From NCBI GenBank assembly GCA_036506735.1, contig DASXRG010000037.1, positions 1,450 through 65,449 of the forward strand: a DNA stretch of 64,000 bases, in the 5' to 3' direction. Both the position numbers and the translations under genes were made by a program. The notes beneath the pieces were generated by a model. It did not search any database. It was not told the origin of the DNA and worked only from the letters and a program-made list of their open reading frames with translations. The DNA is from Candidatus Binatia bacterium. Its GTDB lineage: Bacteria > Desulfobacterota > Binatia > UBA9968. Shown piece after piece: positions 18,744 to 28,166 of the stretch; the first letter of the stretch is position 1, and the number at the start of each line of letters is the position of its first letter.

Positions 18744-18850
18744 TCATTCCCGTGAAAACGGGAATCTAGGACCCCCTCTGAATCTCCCCCTTGCCAAGGG
18801 TTCACCCCCTCTTAATCTCCCCCTTGCTAAGGGGGAGACAGAGAGGGGGT
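18744..18850 (+). repeat. REP-like nested palindromes
   Basis: Hairpin ATTCCCG-tgaaaa-CGGGAAT at 18746-18765. A ~29-nt unit CCCCCTCTnAATCTCCCCCTTGCnAAGGG occurs twice, and the second copy extends into the palindrome ACCCCCTCT...AGAGAGGGGGT (18804-18850). Confidence 0.75.
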
Positions 18851-18864
18851 CGGCTTTCGCGGGA

Positions 18865-19974
18865 GTGACGACGCAAGTTGCGCTGTTCTTCCTTTCCCTA
18901 TTCTGGGCGGCCGCGGTCCACGCCGCCGACGCCAAACCGGGATGGCAGGCGGAATGGGATAGAACTCTGGCCGCTGCAAATCAGGAGGGGGAGGTCACGC
19001 TCTATGGCCAGGCGCGCAGCCCAGCGAGCGACGCCATGAAAACTTTCCAGAAGGCCCACCCCAAAATCAGACTCAACTTCGTCGGTGGAACCGGAAACCA
19101 GCTAGGACCTCGAGTCATGGCTGAGAAAAGGGCCGGTAAACATCTGGTTGACGTAGCGATCGGCGGGCCAGGCACGATGGTGGCGGTCTATTACAAGGCC
19201 GGTCTTCTGGAACCCATCGGTTCGGCGTTTATACTCCCGGAGGTCCAGGATGCGTCTCTATGGTGGGACCGGCAACATCATTTTGCCGATCCGGAAAACC
19301 GCCACGTCATGGCGATGACGGGCGACGTGTCGTCGACCATCGGCGCTTATAATTTTAATCTCGTGAAGCCCGGCGAGATTCAATCCTGGTGGGATCTGCT
19401 GCATCCCAAGTGGCGCGGCAAGATCGTCGCCACCGACCCGAAGTCCGCGGGCAACATCCAGAACTGGCGGTATCTGTATTACAGCCCGGAACTGGGGCCG
19501 AAGTTCATTCGCAAACTTCTCGCCGAAGCGGAGGTGAGGTTTTCCTCCGACGAGCGTCAAATGATGGACTGGCTGGCGTCCGGAAAATATGCCGTTCACC
19601 TTTTCGCCAAAGGCGCGAACCTCGATAAGGCGATCGAGCAAGGACTTCCCGTCCGCGAGCTGAACAGCCAAAAAGAGTCGGGCAGCATCGGCACCGGCTC
19701 CGGCCACATCGGATTTTTCAAGAACGCGCCTCATCCCAACGCCGCCCGGGTCTACATCAACTGGATGCTGTCGCGCGAGGGCCAACTGAACTGGCAACAG
19801 TTGACTAAAGACAACTCGCTGCGCGTCGACATCCCGAAGGACGCGGTGCCGAAGGAGAGCATTCCGGTCGAGGGGAAAAAATATATGATGCTGAGCTCGC
19901 CGGAGTACGAAGACGTGACCGGTCTCAAAAAAGTCATCGACGAGGTTTTAACGCAAGGCCGGGGCAAGCAGTAG
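18865..19974 (+). CDS. extracellular solute-binding protein, family 1 (iron(III)/AfuA-like fold)
   Basis: ORF 18712..19974 trimmed to GTG 18865, because the upstream part translates the repeat. Signal peptide ends VHAADA. Paralogue of 55205..56266. Confidence 0.7.
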   Translation: MTTQVALFFLSLFWAAAVHAADAKPGWQAEWDRTLAAANQEGEVTLYGQARSPASDAMKTFQKAHPKIRLNFVGGTGNQLGPRVMAEKRAGKHLVDVAIGGPGTMVAVYYKAGLLEPIGSAFILPEVQDASLWWDRQHHFADPENRHVMAMTGDVSSTIGAYNFNLVKPGEIQSWWDLLHPKWRGKIVATDPKSAGNIQNWRYLYYSPELGPKFIRKLLAEAEVRFSSDERQMMDWLASGKYAVHLFAKGANLDKAIEQGLPVRELNSQKESGSIGTGSGHIGFFKNAPHPNAARVYINWMLSREGQLNWQQLTKDNSLRVDIPKDAVPKESIPVEGKKYMMLSSPEYEDVTGLKKVIDEVLTQGRGKQ

Positions 19975-19997
19975 GCATCGAGAAAGGAGCGGGAGAA

Positions 19998-21098
19998 ATG
20001 GCCGTTCAAGAAAAACAAAAACTGTGGTCGATTACTCCTTTCGAAAAGTGGGTCGAGGAAGAGGGGTTGCCGGTTATTGGCGGGCAGTACGTTTACGACA
20101 TCTCGGATGTAAAACTTTCACCTTGGGAGCGCACGGGATGTTACGGGGCGCTGCTCGACCTCGAGTCAGACCCGATTCCGGGCGCGCTCGTCAGCGGCGC
20201 GGGCATGACCGCCTATATCTGCGACATACCGCCGCGCGGGAAGTTCAAGGCGGAAAAACATCTCTACGAAGAAGTGATTTACGTCGTCAAAGGAATGGGT
20301 GGCGCGACGATTTGGAATGAAAGCGGCGGGAAACAGACCTTCGAGTGGCAGGAGGGAAGCCTCTTCGCGATTCCTTTGAACGCGTGGCACGAGCTGTACA
20401 ACGGGCAAGGGGACGATACGGCGCGCTTGCTGACCGTCACCAACGCGCCCGCTGTGATCAATCTCTATCGAAGCAGGGAGTTCGTCTACAGCAACGCCCA
20501 CGTTTTCTCGGATCGATTCAGCGGCGACGAGCCCGACTATTTCGATCCCAGGGGCAAAAAGCTCGAAGCCAGGTTTCTGGAAACAAACTTCGTCGCAAAT
20601 GTAAAGACGCTGGAGCTCGACGGCTGGTCGGAGCGGGGCCCGGGGAAAAACATGATGTTCATGATCGCCGACGGCGCGTTGATGGCGCACGTCTCGGAGT
20701 TTCCCGTCGGCACGTACAAGAAGGCCCACAGCCACCATCTGCAGCACGGCAGGAGCGGCTTCGCCGGCAAGGCCCACATTTTAGTCCTGAGCGGCGCCGG
20801 ATACGATCTCCAATGGCCGCCGGCGGACACCACACACAGAGAAAAAATCGACTGGAAAGAGGGAACGCTCTTTACCGCCGGCCGCGGCTACCATCAGCAC
20901 TTCAATACTTCCGATCGTCCGGCGCGCTATCTCGCTTTCCGCACCGGCAATCCCAGATATGCGGGCGCGACCGGAACGCGCTACAAGATGACCGGTGGAG
21001 AACAGGTCGAGTTTGCTGAGGAGGATCCGCAAATCAGAACTATGTTCATCGAGGAGCTGAAGAAGAAGGGGATCGCCTGCGCGATGCCTTCTCGCTAA
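19998..21098 (+). CDS. bicupin protein (paralogue of 49659..50747)
   Basis: Two cupin halves. Shares blocks with 49659..50747: AYICDIPP, TFEWQEGSLF, FPVGTYKKAH, HQHFN and ARYLA. Confidence 0.75.
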   Translation: MAVQEKQKLWSITPFEKWVEEEGLPVIGGQYVYDISDVKLSPWERTGCYGALLDLESDPIPGALVSGAGMTAYICDIPPRGKFKAEKHLYEEVIYVVKGMGGATIWNESGGKQTFEWQEGSLFAIPLNAWHELYNGQGDDTARLLTVTNAPAVINLYRSREFVYSNAHVFSDRFSGDEPDYFDPRGKKLEARFLETNFVANVKTLELDGWSERGPGKNMMFMIADGALMAHVSEFPVGTYKKAHSHHLQHGRSGFAGKAHILVLSGAGYDLQWPPADTTHREKIDWKEGTLFTAGRGYHQHFNTSDRPARYLAFRTGNPRYAGATGTRYKMTGGEQVEFAEEDPQIRTMFIEELKKKGIACAMPSR

Positions 21099-21106
21099 AG
21101 TTTCGG

Positions 21107-23590
21107 ATGCGCGTAGACGACACCGCTTCAGCGTCGCGAGGCTTTCTTTTCCGCTATCCTTCTTCCTGGCTCATCGTTGCGACGATTGCGCTTCTCGCCG
21201 GCCAGGCCCTCGCGGCAAGTCCGGTCCTTCCTCCGCCGATTTATTTGTCGCTGCTGCTCGTGCCGCTTCCGTTGATCCTTTGGCGCGCCGGCGTCGCCTG
21301 GGCCTTTATTTACCTGCTCGCCGCCGGGACTTTTTCCCTCGGCTATTGGCGGCACGTTCAGCTCATCCGCCCGGAATTTCCTCCGGACCATTTGCGCTCG
21401 GTGATGGAAGAGGGCTCTCAGATTTATCTCGAAGGCGTGCTCAAGAAAGAGCCGGAAAAGTTGCCGCAGCGCAGCCGCTGGCTGGTCCGTGGGCAACGGA
21501 TCTGGCATCTGACCGGCGCGCAGGAAATATCGGGCGATCTCCTCGTCACGGTGCGCAGCAGCGGCCGGGATTGGCGCTATGGCGACCGGATTCGTTTTTG
21601 GATCGAGCCGCGGATTCCGGGCGACAGCGGAAATCCCGGCGGCTTCGACTACGCCGCGTTCCTGGCTCGGTCGGAGATCTACGCGACCGGTTTCCTCGTG
21701 AGCGATCAGGGCGTTGAATTGTTGTCCCGGGCGCCGCCGGGGCCGTGGAGCGCGCTCGAATATCTGCGCCGCGAGATCCGGCGTTTTATCGATAGCCGCT
21801 TCGCTTCGCGCGACAACGCCGCGTTGATGAAAGCGCTCGTCGTCGGAGACATGGGCGAGATCTCCCGCGAGGTGCGCGCCGACTTCACTACGGCCGGCGT
21901 CAATCACGTCCTTTCGATCTCGGGCCTGCACGTCGGCATGCTCGGCGTGGTCGTGTTTTTTATCGTGCGCTTTCTCGGTTCGCGCAGCGAAACACTCCTG
22001 CTGCGCTGGAGCCTGCTCAAAATCGCCACCTTCTGCTCTTTTATCGCCGTGCTTTTCTACACCGGACTTGCCGGCGCGGCGGTACCGACGGTGCGCTCGG
22101 CGATCATGATCGGGGTCTACGAGGTGGCGGTTCTGTTGGACCGGGAAGAAGAAATTTTCGCCAGCCTCGCATTCGCCGCGTTCCTTATCGGTCTCGCCTG
22201 GCCCGGGGTGGTCATGGATATTTCGTTTCAACTCTCGTTTCTCGCGGTGCTGTTCATCGTCTGGGGCTCGCGCAAGATGCAGGAATGGTGGCCGGCGCGC
22301 CGCCGCCGCGACGAGCTGCCGCAAGAGCGCAGCCGGTGGCTGCCCAGGCTGCGTGCCGCCACCTTATATCTGGCAATCCCGCTTTTAGCGACGGTCGGGA
22401 CCGGCCCGATGATCGCGCATCATTTCGGCCATCTGTCGTGGGCCGGTTTCGTCTCCAACCCGCTGGTCGTGCCGGTCGTCGGCTTCGTTATTGTTCCCTT
22501 GGGTCTCGTGATCGGTTTTTTCGCCGTCACGGCCCCTCCGCTCGCCGCGCCTCTGATCGCGGCGGCCGAGCCCCTGCTGTCGCTCGTCCATCGGATGGTT
22601 CATTTTCTGTCGCGCCTGCCGATGGCGAATCTCGCCGTGCCGCTCCCGAACTATTGGGAAGTCGCGCTGCTCTACGCAACGATCCTGTCGGTTTTGCTCT
22701 TTCGCCGCAGGCTCTACCTCGCGGTCGCGCTCGGCGTGTGTCTGGTTTTGATCGCCGGCGACGGCCTCTACTGGCGGCAGGAGCGCCGGGCCCGGAAAGA
22801 ATTGAGGATCACTCACCTGAGCGTCGGCCAGGGCGACGCCGCGGTGATTGAATTTCCCGGCTCGCGCGTTTTGCTGATCGACGCGGGCGGCACCGCCAGC
22901 AGCGAGTTTGATACCGGCGATTTTATCATCGCGCCGTTTCTGCGCTCGCGAAAGATCCTGAACGTGGATTACCTGCTGGTGAGCTACCCGAGGATCGATC
23001 ACTACGGCGGGATGAGAAGCATCGTCGAGCAGTTCGCCCCGACGGAGTTCTGGTCGGGGCCCAGTAAGGGCCGGACGGCGCGTTATGAAGGGCTGGAGGA
23101 AACGGTCGAGCAAGCCGGCATCAAGAGAATCTATCTAGGCAGCCGCGAGCCGTGCCGTGCGATCGAGAGAGTCAAGTTGTGCGCGGTTTATCCGCCGGAA
23201 GACAAAACCGGCGCCGCGCCGGTCGTGCTGCGTCTCAGTTTCGATCAGATCCACTTTCTCTTCGGGAGCGACATCGACGGCAAAGACGAAAAAATTCTTC
23301 TCGGCAGCGGCGCGGAGCTTTCCAGCGCGGTGGTGAAAGTTCCGCGTCATGGCAGCCTCAGCTCGAGCACGGAAGAATTTGTCAAAGCCGTGCGGCCCAA
23401 ATTGGCGGTTTTTTCGTCCGGCTTACGGAATGCCGCGGGGCTGCCGCGCGAAGAGGTCGTCGCGCGCTACGCGGCCGCGGGCGCCGAGATCCTGCGCACC
23501 GACGTGGACGGCGCGATCATGATCGAGACCGACGGCAAGACGATCCGTTACAACACTTACCGCACCGGGAAAAGGGGACTTCTCGAGTAA
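21107..23590 (+). CDS. comEC: ComEC/Rec2-family DNA internalisation channel protein with C-terminal metallo-beta-lactamase-like domain
   Basis: 827 aa. Polytopic membrane core (GVNHVLSISGLHVG motif) and a C-terminal MBL-like domain (HLSVGQGDAAVIEFPG...LIDAGG). Confidence 0.88.
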   Translation: MRVDDTASASRGFLFRYPSSWLIVATIALLAGQALAASPVLPPPIYLSLLLVPLPLILWRAGVAWAFIYLLAAGTFSLGYWRHVQLIRPEFPPDHLRSVMEEGSQIYLEGVLKKEPEKLPQRSRWLVRGQRIWHLTGAQEISGDLLVTVRSSGRDWRYGDRIRFWIEPRIPGDSGNPGGFDYAAFLARSEIYATGFLVSDQGVELLSRAPPGPWSALEYLRREIRRFIDSRFASRDNAALMKALVVGDMGEISREVRADFTTAGVNHVLSISGLHVGMLGVVVFFIVRFLGSRSETLLLRWSLLKIATFCSFIAVLFYTGLAGAAVPTVRSAIMIGVYEVAVLLDREEEIFASLAFAAFLIGLAWPGVVMDISFQLSFLAVLFIVWGSRKMQEWWPARRRRDELPQERSRWLPRLRAATLYLAIPLLATVGTGPMIAHHFGHLSWAGFVSNPLVVPVVGFVIVPLGLVIGFFAVTAPPLAAPLIAAAEPLLSLVHRMVHFLSRLPMANLAVPLPNYWEVALLYATILSVLLFRRRLYLAVALGVCLVLIAGDGLYWRQERRARKELRITHLSVGQGDAAVIEFPGSRVLLIDAGGTASSEFDTGDFIIAPFLRSRKILNVDYLLVSYPRIDHYGGMRSIVEQFAPTEFWSGPSKGRTARYEGLEETVEQAGIKRIYLGSREPCRAIERVKLCAVYPPEDKTGAAPVVLRLSFDQIHFLFGSDIDGKDEKILLGSGAELSSAVVKVPRHGSLSSSTEEFVKAVRPKLAVFSSGLRNAAGLPREEVVARYAAAGAEILRTDVDGAIMIETDGKTIRYNTYRTGKRGLLE

Positions 23591-23605
23591 AGAAATCTTT
23601 TTACG

Positions 23606-23634
23606 TTGACAACCCGCGTGACTGCCGATACGTT
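23606..23634 (+). promoter_or_regulatory. possible sigma-70-like promoter (TTGACA-17 nt-TACGTT) upstream of the first DUF885 gene
   Basis: Consensus -35 and a weak -10. Lies only 11 nt before GTG 23646. Confidence 0.25.
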
Positions 23635-23645
23635 TTAACCCAACG

Positions 23646-25439
23646 GTGAAACGCAACTTCCTCCTGGTCGTTTGTCTCGCGCTGCTCGGGTGTGGCGGCG
23701 CGCGCCAGGCCTTGCTGCCGGCGGGCGCCGAGCAAACGGCCGAAGCGCGCAAGCTGCACGAGATTCTCGATCGCGACTTCGAGGAGTATCTTCAGCTCTT
23801 CCCGGTCTTCGCCACTGAGATCGGCGATCACCGTTACGACGACCGCTACAGCGTAGCGATCAGCGAAGAACACCGCGCCCGCCAGCGCGCGGTCGCCGTC
23901 AAATATCTCGGCGAGCTTGCCGCGGTGGACAAGAATCGGCTCAGCCGCGAGGACACGCTCAACTATGACCTGTTCCGCTACGTCTTGAACGAGGAGCTGG
24001 GGAAGCTCAAGCGCAATCGCCATCTCATCCCGGTCACGCAGCTCTCGGGCGCTCCCATCGACTTTCCCTTGTTGGGCTCGGGAAGGGGGTTGCACCCGTT
24101 CAAAACTCCGCGGGACTACGACAACTTCCTCAAGCGCGTCGACGGCTTCGAGTCCTGGATCGACACGGCGATTGCGAACATGCGCCGCGGCGCCGAGCAG
24201 GGCTTGGTGCAGCCGCGCGTGGTGATGGACCGGACCTTGCCGCAGATCGAGGCGATGATCGTCGCCGACGCGAAGCGAAGCATGTTCTACCAGCCGATTG
24301 CGCAGATGCCGGATGATTTCAGCGCGGCGGATAAGGCGCGGCTGGCGCGCGCCTACTCGCAAGCGATCGACACGCGGATCGTCCCGGCCTACAAAAAACT
24401 CCACGCGTTTATCCGGCAGGAATATCTGCCCAAGACCCGGGCGACGGTCGGAATGTCCGATCTGCCCGGCGGCAGCGACTGGTACGCCGAGCTCGTGAAG
24501 ATCCGGACCACGACCGATCTGAGCCCGGACGCGATCTTCGAGATGGGCAAGCGGGAGGTCGCGCGAATCAGAAGCGAAATGGAAAAGATGCGCGCCGCGA
24601 GCGGATTTGCCGGAAACTTCGCCGAGTATGCCGAGTATCTATATAAAAACGCCGCGCCACGCTACGCCAGTAAAGCGCAGCTGGTCGGCGGGTATGAGAG
24701 CCTGCGCGGAAAAGTTGCGCCGCTGCTGCCGAAGTTGTTCGGGCGGCTGCCCAAGGCGCCGTTCGAAATTCGGCCGGTGGAAGAGTTCCGCGAGAACTCG
24801 GCGCCGTCGCAGTATTGGTCCGCGTCGCCCGACGGCTCGCGGCCGGGAATCTTCTACGTCAACGCCTCCTGGATGGGCGACGGTGCCGCGGGTCCCATCT
24901 CGGAATGGCTTTTTCTTCATGAGGCGATTCCCGGCCACCACTTTCAGATCGCGCTGCAGCAGGAGCAGGAAAACTTGCCGCGCTTCCGTCGCTTCGGAGG
25001 CTATACGGCCTTTGTCGAAGGCTGGGGGCTTTACGCCGAGAGCCTGGGGCGCGAGCTGGGGTTGTACGCGGAGCCGCACCAATACTTCAGCCGGCTCAAC
25101 TCGGAGCTGTTTCGCGCCGTGCGCCTGGTGGTCGATGTCGGCCTGCATCAGAAGCACTGGCCGCGGGCCGAAGCGCTGAAGTACATGATGGACAACATGT
25201 CCATCGGCGAAGCGGGCGCGCTGCTGGAGATCGACCGGTACATCGCGAACCCGGCTCAAGCGCTCGCCTACAAAGTCGGCCAGCTCAAGATCGCCGCCAT
25301 TCGCTCGAAGGCGGAAAAGGCGCTGCGAGCGAAATTCGACATCCGCGCCTTTCACGACGAACTGCTCAAGGACGGCGCGCTGCCACTCGATTTTTTGGAA
25401 GGCAAAATGGACGCATGGATAGAGAGCCAGTTGCGGTGA
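23646..25439 (+). CDS. DUF885-family protein (putative lipoprotein, metallopeptidase-like HExxxH site)
   Basis: Lipobox LLGCGG. Contains HEAIPGHHFQ. Tandem paralogue of the next gene. Confidence 0.85.
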   Translation: MKRNFLLVVCLALLGCGGARQALLPAGAEQTAEARKLHEILDRDFEEYLQLFPVFATEIGDHRYDDRYSVAISEEHRARQRAVAVKYLGELAAVDKNRLSREDTLNYDLFRYVLNEELGKLKRNRHLIPVTQLSGAPIDFPLLGSGRGLHPFKTPRDYDNFLKRVDGFESWIDTAIANMRRGAEQGLVQPRVVMDRTLPQIEAMIVADAKRSMFYQPIAQMPDDFSAADKARLARAYSQAIDTRIVPAYKKLHAFIRQEYLPKTRATVGMSDLPGGSDWYAELVKIRTTTDLSPDAIFEMGKREVARIRSEMEKMRAASGFAGNFAEYAEYLYKNAAPRYASKAQLVGGYESLRGKVAPLLPKLFGRLPKAPFEIRPVEEFRENSAPSQYWSASPDGSRPGIFYVNASWMGDGAAGPISEWLFLHEAIPGHHFQIALQQEQENLPRFRRFGGYTAFVEGWGLYAESLGRELGLYAEPHQYFSRLNSELFRAVRLVVDVGLHQKHWPRAEALKYMMDNMSIGEAGALLEIDRYIANPAQALAYKVGQLKIAAIRSKAEKALRAKFDIRAFHDELLKDGALPLDFLEGKMDAWIESQLR

Positions 25440-25492
25440 TATCCCGGGACGCCACACGCCCGCCACAACAAACTTTTTCCGGACAAGGCCTG

Positions 25493-27268
25493 ATGCGAAG
25501 AGAGCTGAAGTTTCTTACCGGCGCGCTCGTTTTACTTTTATGTTGCTTGCCGGTCCGTCTTTCGGCGGGGGAGGATAAGTTGAACGACGCGGGGAAAATT
25601 CTCCATGCCCTTTTCGACTCCGAATGGGACTACTGGCTGGAGCAATATCCCACCTGGGCCTCCACGTTGGGCGATCGCCGCTGGAACGACCGGTGGGAGA
25701 ATCTAAGTCTGGCAGCGATCGACCGGCGCCATGAGCATAGCGTCGAAGTGCTGGGAAAATTGACAGCGTTCGATCGCGACGCGCTTTTGCCGCCCGACCG
25801 CCTGAACTACGAGCTCTTTCTCAAGGACTACGAAAACGGAGTCGAGCAACACCGATATCGCTGGTACTTGATCCCGCTGCACCAAAGGGGTGGTATCCAA
25901 ACCGCGGACGAACTGGCCGACAGTCTTCGCTTCGAGACCGTCAAGGACTACGAGGATTGGCTGGCGCGGCTGCGCGCGTTTCCCGTTTATATGGAACAGA
26001 CGATCGCGCTGATGCGCGAGGGAATCAAGGCGCGGATGCTGCTCCCCAAGATCGTCTTGCAGCGCGTTCCGGCACAGATCGACCATCAAATCCTCGGCGA
26101 CCCGAAAGCCAGCGGATTCTACAAACCCTTCACCAAATTTCCCGCCGCGATTTCCGCGGCCGAGCGCGAGCGGCTCGGCGCGGCGGCCGGGCAGGCGATC
26201 GCCGAGTCGGTGATTCCGTCGTTCCGGCGGCTCAAGGAATTTTTTCGTGACGATTACCTGCCGGCTTCGTTGGAGCAGGTCGGCATCTGGCAGTTGCCCG
26301 AGGGCGAAGCCATGTATAATTTTTTCGCTCGCGAGCACACAACCACGCGGCTGACGCCGGCCGAGATCCACAAGATCGGCCTCGGCGAGGTCAAGCGCAT
26401 TCGCGCCGAGATGCAGGCGATCATCGACAAGCTCGGGTACAGAGGCTCGTTCGCCGATTTCCTCAAGTTTTTGCGCAGCGATCCGCAATTCTACTACAAG
26501 ACGCCGGAGGAGCTGCTGGAAGCCTACCGGGCGATGACGCGGCGGATCGATCCGCTGTTGCTGAAAGTTTTCAAGACTCTGCCGCGCGCGCCCTATGGAG
26601 TCGAGCCGATTCCGGAAAATATCGCGCCTGATACGACGACCGCTTATTATCGCAGCCCGGCGGCGGACGGTTCGCGCGCGGGAACTTACTTCGTGAATCT
26701 TTACAAGCCCGAGACCCGCCCCAAATATGAAATGATGGCTCTGTCACTGCACGAAGCGGTGCCGGGGCACCATCTGCAGATCGCCTTGGCGATGGAGCAA
26801 GGGCAGATACCGAACTTCAGGCGCTACGGCGGATACACGGCCTACGTGGAAGGCTGGGGGCTTTACGCGGAATCGCTCGGCGACATGATGGGGCTTTACG
26901 ACGATCCGTATGCGAAATTCGGACAACTGACGTACGAAATGTGGCGCGCGGCGCGCCTGGTCGTCGATACCGGCATCCACTACATGCGCTGGGAGCGGCA
27001 GAGGGCGATCGATTTTTTGCTGCAAAATACCGCCAAGCAGGAATTGGACGTCGTGAACGAAGTCGATCGTTACATCACTCTGCCGGGACAGGCGCTGGCT
27101 TATAAAGTGGGACAGCTCAAGATCTCCGCGATTCGCTCCAAAGCGGAGCAGGCGCTGGGGCCGAAATTCGACATCCGCGCGTTTCACGACGAGCTGCTCA
27201 AGGACGGCGCGCTGCCGCTGGACGTGCTGGAAGCCAAGATGGACCTATGGCTGGAAAGTCAAAAGTGA
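25493..27268 (+). CDS. DUF885-family protein (secreted)
   Basis: ORF 25415..27268 trimmed to MRRELKFLTGALVLLLCCLPVRLSAG. Contains HEAVPGHHLQ. Confidence 0.85.
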   Translation: MRRELKFLTGALVLLLCCLPVRLSAGEDKLNDAGKILHALFDSEWDYWLEQYPTWASTLGDRRWNDRWENLSLAAIDRRHEHSVEVLGKLTAFDRDALLPPDRLNYELFLKDYENGVEQHRYRWYLIPLHQRGGIQTADELADSLRFETVKDYEDWLARLRAFPVYMEQTIALMREGIKARMLLPKIVLQRVPAQIDHQILGDPKASGFYKPFTKFPAAISAAERERLGAAAGQAIAESVIPSFRRLKEFFRDDYLPASLEQVGIWQLPEGEAMYNFFAREHTTTRLTPAEIHKIGLGEVKRIRAEMQAIIDKLGYRGSFADFLKFLRSDPQFYYKTPEELLEAYRAMTRRIDPLLLKVFKTLPRAPYGVEPIPENIAPDTTTAYYRSPAADGSRAGTYFVNLYKPETRPKYEMMALSLHEAVPGHHLQIALAMEQGQIPNFRRYGGYTAYVEGWGLYAESLGDMMGLYDDPYAKFGQLTYEMWRAARLVVDTGIHYMRWERQRAIDFLLQNTAKQELDVVNEVDRYITLPGQALAYKVGQLKISAIRSKAEQALGPKFDIRAFHDELLKDGALPLDVLEAKMDLWLESQK

Positions 27269-27283
27269 GTCACAGCGCGCTTC

Positions 27284-27838
27284 GTGTCCTGGGTCGGTCA
27301 TAACATGCGGCCGCCCGAGCTTTTACAAACCGATCGTCTGTGGCTGAGGCGCGCGCGGGTCGAGGACGCAGAGACGATCTTCGACGCCTATGGACAGGAC
27401 CTGGAGGTCACGAGATATCTCGCCTGGAAGCCGACGGGTAAAATCGAGGACACGCGCACGCATTTATTGGCGGCGCGGGCCGCATGGGAAGAAGGCAAGG
27501 CGTTCCAGTGGGTGATTTTGGGCAAGGGGCACGCCGATCTCTTGGGAGTGGTTGGAGTGCGCGTCGATGGCCACAAAGTCGAGCTGGGATATCTCTTGGC
27601 CAAGAAGTTCTGGGGCAACGGCTATATGACCGAGGCGGTTCGCGCCGTGGTCAACTGGGCGCTCGACGAACCGGATTGCTATCGGGTCTGGGCGGTCTGC
27701 GACGTCGAAAACCCGGCTTCCGCGCGCGTCATGGAGAAAGTTGGAATGAAACGAGAAGGTATTTTGCGGCGGTGGTCCGTTCACCCGACTCGCAGCGACG
27801 AGCCGCGGGATTGCTATTGCTACGCGATCACTAAATAG
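27284..27838 (+). CDS. GNAT-family N-acetyltransferase (RimJ/RimL-like)
   Basis: TDRLWLRR N-terminus and a WGNGYMTEAVRAVVNWA acetyl-CoA-binding region. Start may be GTG 27284 or ATG 27305. Confidence 0.85.
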   Translation: MSWVGHNMRPPELLQTDRLWLRRARVEDAETIFDAYGQDLEVTRYLAWKPTGKIEDTRTHLLAARAAWEEGKAFQWVILGKGHADLLGVVGVRVDGHKVELGYLLAKKFWGNGYMTEAVRAVVNWALDEPDCYRVWAVCDVENPASARVMEKVGMKREGILRRWSVHPTRSDEPRDCYCYAITK

Positions 27839-28082
27839 GCGTCTGTCTCGACCCCTGAACGCTTGTCTGCATTGCCCTGGCAAAGCTTGTTCCCCTGGCC
27901 CCAATCACCAGGGCACCGTCTGATTTCCAGTTGATATCTAGCCCGTTCGAGGGTCGTTTACCGTGCCCGTGTAACCCTTTTGTTAACGTAAAACGTCATA
28001 TGAGTGGCCTGGTTAGATGGCAATTCATGACCAAACTCTTTTCCCGCACTTAAGACCCTGGGTAAAGTGGCGATTAGATATT

Positions 28083-28098
28083 TGGCAGAATCACAGCT
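28083..28098 (+). promoter_or_regulatory. weak sigma-54-like -24/-12 element (TGGCAG-N5-CAGCT)
   Basis: The GG and GC dinucleotides are 12 nt apart, but the -12 region is poor. Confidence 0.15.
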
Positions 28099-28150
28099 AT
28101 ATTCGAGGGATGCAAACAGAGCCGTTCTATGATTTTCTCGGGGGGTCGCC

Positions 28151-28166
28151 TGGCATCTATATTGCT
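28151..28166 (+). promoter_or_regulatory. sigma-54-type promoter candidate TGGCATctataTTGCT
   Basis: Matches TGGCAC-N5-TTGCW with correct GG/GC spacing. Lies about 72 nt upstream of the protease ATG, inside an AT-rich non-coding stretch of about 400 nt. Confidence 0.45.
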
